The position numbers and the translations under genes are program-made. The notes beneath the pieces are model-generated. The model made no database searches, was not told the DNA's origin, and saw only the letters and a list, made by a program, of their open reading frames with translations. 64,000 nucleotides of DNA, taken from Actinomycetota bacterium (GTDB lineage Bacteria > Actinomycetota > CADDZG01 > WHSQ01). Positions within the stretch are counted from its first letter, which is position 1. Each line of letters starts with the position of its first letter. This document shows positions 57,812 through 64,000 of the stretch, one piece after another. Where the stretch lies: assembly GCA_009380005.1 (NCBI GenBank), contig WHSQ01000006.1, positions 967 to 64,966 of the forward strand, read 5' to 3'.

Positions 57812-60457
57812 ATGAGCCTGGAGCTGTGGCGGAAGGCCCCGATGGTCTTGCTACTGCGGTTCCGTCCCCTCTTCGTGGGCGTCGTCCTCGGTGCGATCGT
57901 CCTGGCCGCGGCCGCTACCTCGGGCCCCGCGTTCATCGCCTCCAGCGAGAGAGCCTCGGTCCAGAACGAGCTCGAGCGAGCGTCCCGGTGGACCGCGGGG
58001 CTCCACCTGTCTCATCCGGCTTCCACCTTCGGGCCGCTGCCCCCGCCGGGCCTGCTTCGCCGGCTCGGTGAGGGGGGAGGAGAGCTCATCCGAAGCGTCG
58101 CGAGGGACATCGAAGGCCTCGACGAGATGGTCACGACCTACTACGGGTCGCCCAGCACGTTGGCCTCCGACGCCGACGACGTCCAGGTCCGCATGATCCA
58201 GCGGTCGGGGGCCCTCGGACACATCGAGATGTTGGAGCGCTCCGAGGGCGAGGGGCTCATCATCGCCGACGAGACCGCACGTCAGCTCGAAGTGGGCCTC
58301 GGTGATGACCTGGTCCTGGAGGGCGGGCGAGCCCGGACGAAGGTGCGCATAACCGGCGTCTACAGGTTCCTGCCTTTGGATCGGGTCCGTCGGTACTGGA
58401 CGCCCTACTCGGACAGCATCTACCGGGAGAGTGACGCCGACATCTATCCACCGGCGTTCGTATTCGCGTCCCCGGGCTACTTCTTCGAGCTGGCCGATCG
58501 CATCGGCGATTACAACGACGTTCACTGGGAGCTGCCGCTGGCGTCGACGGACCTCGACTTCGAAGAAGCCCGTGCGCTGAACGCCGATCTGCAGAAGGTG
58601 ATCGATGGGGTCTTCGCGGACACGAGTGGTTTCCGGGACCTCATCGGAGACGCCCTGGGGTTCCGAGGCCTGTCCCTCGGGGCGGACACCGCGCTCTCCG
58701 GCGTCGTGCGCACGGCGGAGGAGCGGATCGAAACGGTCACCCCCGCCGTGGAGCTGCTGTCGCTGGCGGCGCGGGCGGTGGCGGCGGCCATCCTCGCGGC
58801 CCTGGGGTTCTATCTCGTGAAGCGGCGTCGAACCGAGGTGCTCACGCTCGTGGCGCGAGGGACGTCTCCCACCTCGATCGGGATCAGGGCAGGCCTCGAG
58901 TCGCTGCTACCACTCGTCGTCGGCGGCCTGCTCGGAGCGGCCGGGGGTTCGTTCCTCGTTGCCCAACTGGGCCCCGCTGCGGGGCTCGACGTGGGCCGGG
59001 CACTGAGCTCGTGGCGAACTGTGGCCGGGACGCTGGGGGTCGGAGCGGGGGTGCTGATGATCGCCGCCGCCGTCACCGCCGCCCGGGAGGAGGGGGCCAT
59101 CGGGGGCATCGAGCACCATCGTCTCCCTCGGACGCTGGTGGCAGCCGTGGGCGCCGTCGCGGCGGCCGGCGGAGCCGGCGCCTACATCGTCTATCTACAA
59201 CCGAACGCGTCGTCGGCGGATCCCGTTGGGCTCGTGCCAACCCTGATGCCGGTCGTGTTGATCTTCGCCGCCGCCGTAGCCGGGGCCGCGGTGGCCAAGG
59301 TAGTGATCGGATGGCTGGCGGAGCGCATACGGAACGCGGGCGTCTCGGCGTACCTGTCGGTCAAGCGTCTCGCGGGCGCGCCGGGGATGGTCCAGGTGCT
59401 GATCGCGGCAACGGCATGTGCCGCCGGCGTGATGTTCTATGGGACCGCCGTGTCTGCATCCGTCGAGCGCACCGCCCAGGCGAAGGCGCGCGTGTTCATC
59501 GGGAGCGACGTGTCGGTCCAGCTGTCGGCCAACGCCGAAGTCACCGATCTTCCATTGCGAGAAACGGTGGTCGCCCGCGTCCAGCGCGCAACCCTCACGA
59601 ACGGTCTTGATGTCGCGATGATCGGCGTCGATCCGGCGACGATCGAAGAAGCGATCTACTGGGAAGACGCGTTCGCCGAGCGTCCGCTTGATGAGTTGAT
59701 GAGAGCGATCGCGGCCCGAGGCGCTCGTCCCCGCGTCATCGGCGTGGGGGCGATACCCGACGAGCCCATCATCGGCTCGGCGCGAGGCGACGTGCCACTC
59801 GACGTCGTCGGAACGGCAGAGACCTTCCCGGGGAAGAACGCGAGTGATCCGCTCTTGATCACCACCAGAGAGACCTTCGACGAGCTGTTGCGCGACGTTG
59901 GCACGGCGATGTCGTCGCGGCAAGCCGAGTTATGGGCCAAGGGGGAGGAGGATCGGGTGCGGAGCGTCCTACAGCGCCGGGGCGAGAGTTTCTTCGCCGT
60001 CGCCAGCACCGACACGATCCTGCGGAGTCCCGCGCTGCAGTCGACGTTGTGGACGCTGGGCCTCCTCACCGCGTTGGGCGGAGCGTCCGGTCTGGCCGGC
60101 GTCGCCGGGCTGCTCCTGTACGTGCAGGCGCGTCACCGGTCCGCGTTGATCGGCGCCGCCATGACGCGCCGGATGCGCCTGGGTCGGAGAGCCGAACTTA
60201 GAGCCTGGTTGCTCGAAGTCGGCGCCTCGATGACCACCGCCTATGTCCTCGCGGTCGTCATCGGACTCGGCGTCGCGGGGCTCATGCACGAGCGACTCGA
60301 CCTCCGCCCGTCGTTGCCGCCCGAGGCCATCATGGTCCTGCCGTCCTCGGCCATCGTGGGGGCGGGCGTGGCGGTCGTGGCGCTCGTTTCGTTGATGGCG
60401 ATCCGCCTGCAACGGGACGTCGATGCCGCCAACGTTGCCGAGGCGATGCGAACCTAG
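57812..60457 (+). CDS. Large ABC-type permease with two FtsX-like domains
   Basis: 881 aa with about 10 hydrophobic helices. Two FtsX-type blocks are present (KRRRTEVLTLVARGTSPTSIGIRAGLESLL..., and a second block around ARHRSALIGAAMTRRMRL...LLEVG). Large extracytoplasmic regions follow TM1 and the corresponding TM of the second half. Confidence 0.6.
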   Translation: MSLELWRKAPMVLLLRFRPLFVGVVLGAIVLAAAATSGPAFIASSERASVQNELERASRWTAGLHLSHPASTFGPLPPPGLLRRLGEGGGELIRSVARDIEGLDEMVTTYYGSPSTLASDADDVQVRMIQRSGALGHIEMLERSEGEGLIIADETARQLEVGLGDDLVLEGGRARTKVRITGVYRFLPLDRVRRYWTPYSDSIYRESDADIYPPAFVFASPGYFFELADRIGDYNDVHWELPLASTDLDFEEARALNADLQKVIDGVFADTSGFRDLIGDALGFRGLSLGADTALSGVVRTAEERIETVTPAVELLSLAARAVAAAILAALGFYLVKRRRTEVLTLVARGTSPTSIGIRAGLESLLPLVVGGLLGAAGGSFLVAQLGPAAGLDVGRALSSWRTVAGTLGVGAGVLMIAAAVTAAREEGAIGGIEHHRLPRTLVAAVGAVAAAGGAGAYIVYLQPNASSADPVGLVPTLMPVVLIFAAAVAGAAVAKVVIGWLAERIRNAGVSAYLSVKRLAGAPGMVQVLIAATACAAGVMFYGTAVSASVERTAQAKARVFIGSDVSVQLSANAEVTDLPLRETVVARVQRATLTNGLDVAMIGVDPATIEEAIYWEDAFAERPLDELMRAIAARGARPRVIGVGAIPDEPIIGSARGDVPLDVVGTAETFPGKNASDPLLITTRETFDELLRDVGTAMSSRQAELWAKGEEDRVRSVLQRRGESFFAVASTDTILRSPALQSTLWTLGLLTALGGASGLAGVAGLLLYVQARHRSALIGAAMTRRMRLGRRAELRAWLLEVGASMTTAYVLAVVIGLGVAGLMHERLDLRPSLPPEAIMVLPSSAIVGAGVAVVALVSLMAIRLQRDVDAANVAEAMRT

Positions 60458-60565
60458 CGAGCCTTCGGTAGTAAAGCAGGCATAGTTCGTATACCTATAT
60501 CCACGCGCCTCCGGGACACTGGTCGTAACCTGTTGTGAGTCTTTGGGGGAGGTCGGCGGAAAACC

Positions 60566-61330
60566 TTGTATGTGATCCCTTCGCGCGCGCGGGTGCTGAG
60601 GGTCGGCTGGATAGGACTACTGGTGGTTGCTCTGGTTCTGAGCGCGCCCTCCGTTTCGGCCAAGAAGAAGCCCCGTCAGCGTCGCTACGGTCTACCGGTG
60701 GCTCGGAAGTGGGCCCCGGACCGGAAGATCGACAACCGGCATCATGATTACCCCGCATGGGACGTCGCCGTTCCCAGGCGCACCGCCGTGAGGGCGGTCC
60801 ATGCCGGGCGGGTTCGTGCGGTCACCCGTGGGGGCGGCTGTGGCCGGGGTCTCATCATCCGGGGGCGCGACGGATACGAGTACACCTACTGCCACGGGTC
60901 GTGGGTCAAGGCGAAGAAGCATCGTTGGGTCAGGGCCGGTCAGAAGATCATGCTCAGCGGCAACACGGGACACTCGACGGGGCCCCACCTGCACCTCCAG
61001 ATCAGGTCCCCGGGGGGCCGACTGCTCTGCCCGCAACCGCTGCTGAGGAGATGGGCCAGGGGACGCCAGGTCTCGCCCCGCGCGTCGACGTCGCGAGGTT
61101 GCGCCTACAGCCCGGATCGAGAGATCTACCGGCCGCGCCGCGCGGCGAAGGGCTCGGCCCGTTCGGCCGCGAAACCTGCGAAGCGCGCCGGGGGCCGGAG
61201 CAAGAGAGGGGCCCGCGCCCGCGAGCGGGACAGGCCGCGCAAGCATCACGGCAAGCGCCCGGCGAAGAGACCCAAGGCGCGGGACCCGAAACGAGACGAC
61301 AAGGAGCGGGGTCGCCGGGTCTCGCGGTGA
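60566..61330 (+). CDS. M23-family metallopeptidase with signal peptide and polybasic C-terminal tail
   Basis: Signal sequence WIGLLVVALVLSAPSVSA. M23 motifs are HHDYPAWD and GNTGHSTGPHLHLQI. The last ~90 aa are K/R-rich. Confidence 0.85.
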   Translation: MYVIPSRARVLRVGWIGLLVVALVLSAPSVSAKKKPRQRRYGLPVARKWAPDRKIDNRHHDYPAWDVAVPRRTAVRAVHAGRVRAVTRGGGCGRGLIIRGRDGYEYTYCHGSWVKAKKHRWVRAGQKIMLSGNTGHSTGPHLHLQIRSPGGRLLCPQPLLRRWARGRQVSPRASTSRGCAYSPDREIYRPRRAAKGSARSAAKPAKRAGGRSKRGARARERDRPRKHHGKRPAKRPKARDPKRDDKERGRRVSR

Positions 61331-61539
61331 GGCGGTCCTGCAGCCGAACGCAAGGCTCGGAGACGGATCGCCGAGCGCAGGCGGAAGGCCAGGGCCCACG
61401 CCGCGCGCGTCCGGCGCGAGACGGCCGCCCGCCGGGCCAAGCTTGCCCTGGACCGCCGGGTGCGCCCCCTGATCTAGCGGGCCCTCCGCGGCCTCGACGG
61501 GCGCGCCGGCCCACTCGTCCGAGAAGCGTGGGTTCGGAT

Positions 61540-61572
61540 GTTCGCGTGGAGTTCATGGACCCGTTATCGGCC
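61540..61572 (+). promoter_or_regulatory. Candidate PhoP-type PHO boxes (GTTC-containing direct repeats at roughly 11-nt spacing)
   Basis: GTTCGCGTGGA GTTCATGGACC CGTTATCGG lies about 90-120 nt upstream of the pstS start. This is only a by-eye resemblance to actinobacterial PHO boxes. Confidence 0.25.
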
Positions 61573-61662
61573 CGCCAAACACCGTTGCTACGTTGCGCGG
61601 GATCGGTCGCCTGATGGCCCGGGCGACCACCGGACTTCCCAGTCTTGGGAAAGGGAGGAAGC

Positions 61663-62715
61663 TTGAAGCGTAAGCGTTCGTACTTGGTCATGACCGCCCT
61701 GGCGTTGAGTCTCGCCCTGGTGAGCGCCGCCTGCGCGGGAGGCCGAAACGCCGGCGCGGGCTCCGGCTCCGGCTCCGGAGAGAGCCTCACGGGTGAGCTC
61801 GTCATCTCGGGCTCGTCCACGGTCGAGCCGATCTCGGTCGCGGTCGCCGAGAAGTTCAACGCGCAACACCCCGACGTCAACCTCTCGATATCCGGCCCCG
61901 GCACGTCGGACGGGTTCGAGCAGTTCTGCTCCGGCGAGACGGTGATCTCCGACGCCTCTCGGGCGATCGAGGAAGAAGAGATCGCCAAGTGCGAGGAGAA
62001 CGGGATCGAGTTCATCGAGCTGCACATCGCCACCGATGGGATCTCGGTGGTGACGTCGGTCGAGAACGACTTCGCCACCTGCCTCAACTACGCGGACCTC
62101 TGGGCCCTGCTCGGTCCCGAATCCGAAGGTTTCGACACCTGGGCCGATGCCAACCAGCTGGGCAAGAAGTACGGCGGCAGCGCGGCGCCGTACCCGAACG
62201 AACCGCTCGCGGTGACGGCCCCCGGCGAAGAGTCCGGCACCTTCGGCTCGTTCATAGAGATCGTCCTGGAGAGCTTCGTCGAGGACGCGGGGATCGCGGA
62301 ATACGAGGAGGAAGTAGCTCCGCGCCCCGACTATCAGGCTTCGGCCAACGACAACGTCATCATCGAAGGTATCTCCGGCACCCCCAGCTCGCTGGGCTGG
62401 GTCGGATTCGCCTTCTACGTGAACAACCAGGACACCGTGAAGGCGCTCGAGATCGACGGAGGCGACGGATGTGTCGCTCCCACCGAAGAGACCATAGCGA
62501 GCTTCGACTACCCGATCTCGAGGCCGCTGTTCATCTACGTGGACGCCGGCCGGGCGGACGACGCCGAGGTCGAGGCGTTCGTCGACTACTACCTGTCCGA
62601 CGAGGGCATAGCCTCGGCGACCGAGGTCGGATACGTCGCCATCCCGGAGGAGGATCTCGAGGAAACGCGCTCGATATGGGATGAGCGAACCACGGGAACT
62701 CACGTAGGGGAGTGA
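61663..62715 (+). CDS. pstS: Phosphate ABC transporter substrate-binding lipoprotein
   Basis: The TTG at 61663 follows a GGGAGGA Shine-Dalgarno. It has a lipobox LVSAAC and the PstS-family block ISGSSTVEPISVAVAEKF...ISGPGTSDGFEQFC. Confidence 0.9.
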   Translation: MKRKRSYLVMTALALSLALVSAACAGGRNAGAGSGSGSGESLTGELVISGSSTVEPISVAVAEKFNAQHPDVNLSISGPGTSDGFEQFCSGETVISDASRAIEEEEIAKCEENGIEFIELHIATDGISVVTSVENDFATCLNYADLWALLGPESEGFDTWADANQLGKKYGGSAAPYPNEPLAVTAPGEESGTFGSFIEIVLESFVEDAGIAEYEEEVAPRPDYQASANDNVIIEGISGTPSSLGWVGFAFYVNNQDTVKALEIDGGDGCVAPTEETIASFDYPISRPLFIYVDAGRADDAEVEAFVDYYLSDEGIASATEVGYVAIPEEDLEETRSIWDERTTGTHVGE

Positions 62716-62804
62716 GGAAGTCACGATAGCGACCAGCCGTGCCGCCGGGGTGACTTCCTTCGTCCTCCGGCGGCACTTGGCCCTCGAGACGTACAGTCCC
62801 AGGG

Positions 62805-63749
62805 ATGTCTGAGATAACGGTCAGCTCCCCGCCGACCGGAGCGGTCGACCTGCGCGGCGACCCGAAGAGGCGGAGGCGAGAATCGATCATCGCCGGCGTC
62901 TTTCGGGCGTCCGCGATCGTCTCCATCATTATCAGTGCGGCGATCGTCTTCTCGCTCTTCGGAAAGGCCCTCGATTTCGCCTTGAACGTCGACGTCGCGG
63001 CGCTGTGGGCGGACCAGGGCTGGTTCCCACGCCGTGGTTTTTTCGATCTCCGGTCGATCGTGGCGGGGACGTTCGTGGTGACCGGCGTGGCGATGCTCGT
63101 GGCGGCGCCGTTGGGACTGGGGGCGGCGATCTACCTGGCGGAGTTCGCGAAGCCGCGCGTGCGCCGGACCCTCAAACCGATCCTCGAGATCCTCGCCGGC
63201 ATCCCCAGCGTGGTGCTCGGGTTCTTCGCCCTTACCTGGATCAGTCCCGAGATCGTGCAACGGTTCTTCTCGCATGCGACGGCGTTCAACATGGCCGCCG
63301 CCGGGCTCGCGGTGGGCGTCCTGATCACGCCCCTGGTCGCCGCCGTGACCGAGGATTCGCTGCGGGCGGTTCCGCACGCGCTCAGGGAAGCCGCGTATGG
63401 ACTCGCGGCACGGAAGCGATCCGTCGTCGCGAGGGTCATCCTTCCGGCCGCGACCTCGGGGATCGTCGCGTCCTTCATCCTCGCCATCTCCCGAGCGATC
63501 GGCGAGACCATGATCGTCGCCATCGCCGCGGGAGGGACCGGTGGATCCGATCTAGCGCTGGATCCCACCCAGCCGGGACAGACGATGACGGCCGCGATGA
63601 CCGCCCTGGCGATAGGCAGCGATCAGGTCAAGGGTGAGGCCAACACGTTCCCCAGCCTGTTCTTCGTCGGTCTGCTGCTGTTCTTCATGACCATGATCCT
63701 GAACGTCGTCAGCGAGCGATTCGTGCGGCGCGTGAGGGAGAAGTACTGA
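62805..63749 (+). CDS. pstC: Phosphate ABC transporter permease
   Basis: 314 aa with the PstC-type EAA region (LREAAYGLAARKRSVVARVILPAATSGI). Confidence 0.9.
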   Translation: MSEITVSSPPTGAVDLRGDPKRRRRESIIAGVFRASAIVSIIISAAIVFSLFGKALDFALNVDVAALWADQGWFPRRGFFDLRSIVAGTFVVTGVAMLVAAPLGLGAAIYLAEFAKPRVRRTLKPILEILAGIPSVVLGFFALTWISPEIVQRFFSHATAFNMAAAGLAVGVLITPLVAAVTEDSLRAVPHALREAAYGLAARKRSVVARVILPAATSGIVASFILAISRAIGETMIVAIAAGGTGGSDLALDPTQPGQTMTAAMTALAIGSDQVKGEANTFPSLFFVGLLLFFMTMILNVVSERFVRRVREKY

Positions 63750-64000
63750 TGGCGCGGTCGGAGGCGCTCACGACCAGCGGCGCCGTCGCCAAGAACCTCC
63801 GGGGACAACGCATCGACGTAAGGGGGTTGCTCTTCGAGGGCGCCCTGCTGCTGGCCCTGCTGACGTCTCTGTTGATACTCCTGGTCCTCCTGTACGAGGT
63901 CGTCGCCGGCGGCGTGAGCGTCCTCGGCGAGCGGGGCGGGGAGTTCCTGCAGGGGCGACTGTCGGTCGTCAGCGCAGCGACCGCCGGGGTCGGGCAGGCG
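63749..64000 (+). CDS. pstA: Phosphate ABC transporter permease. The 3' end lies outside the window.
   Basis: The ATG overlaps the pstC stop (ATGA). The N-terminal TM is LLFEGALLLALLTSLLILLVLLY. The assignment rests on position after pstSC. Confidence 0.8.
   Translation, partial: MARSEALTTSGAVAKNLRGQRIDVRGLLFEGALLLALLTSLLILLVLLYEVVAGGVSVLGERGGEFLQGRLSVVSAATAGVGQA

Noticed and set aside
60458-60565. A cyclic-di-AMP (ydaO-type) or other riboswitch in the lower-GC leader of the M23 peptidase gene, since such riboswitches often precede actinobacterial wall hydrolases.
   Set aside because: I could not find the conserved pseudo-twofold helices or motifs by eye, and the leader is short. A covariance-model scan would be needed before claiming anything.

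Overview
Very GC-rich bacterial chromosome segment with an Actinomycetota-type backbone. The conserved order pdtaR ... polA-rpsA-coaE ... uvrB ... uvrA is present. Interleaved with it are transporters (livJHMGF-type branched-chain amino acid, polar amino acid, sugar, pstSCA phosphate), gltB, a DtxR/IdeR-FTR1 iron pair and several sensor kinases. Extracellular binding proteins are strikingly acidic, which may indicate a salt-adapted lineage (inference only). I call about 50 protein genes and one tRNA-Val(CAC). I saw no rRNA, CRISPR array, transposase or integrase.

Main points of interest:
1. An accessory stretch at about 41.6-47.7 kb starts at tRNA-Val. A displaced copy of the tRNA 3' half lies 1.45 kb downstream (att-like direct repeats). 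Between the repeats is decayed cargo. Beyond them are twin TGGCAG-N4-CTGCCA palindromes and a four-gene cluster of unknown function: a membrane/coiled-coil protein, a Kelch propeller with no start codon, a small acidic protein, and a membrane-anchored degenerate ROK-fold protein. The cluster ends at the stump of a truncated oxidoreductase gene.
2. A secreted S8 protease carries a C-terminal array with Trp every fifth residue, ending in 12 exact AASWS units. The units use different serine codon families. An orphan multi-TM/GAF histidine kinase follows immediately on the same strand.
3. An 881-aa double FtsX-like permease has no ATPase gene beside it and is followed by an M23 peptidase with a polybasic tail.
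4. A DUF559 endonuclease-like gene is bracketed by 47-bp hairpin-forming direct repeats.
5. Gene decay is frequent: AcnX, thioesterase and LLM-oxidoreductase stumps, an msiK-type ATPase that has lost its Walker A motif, and a MASE1-PAS sensor ending in a His-less DHp helix.

The many long antisense ORFs in the track are GC-content artefacts.
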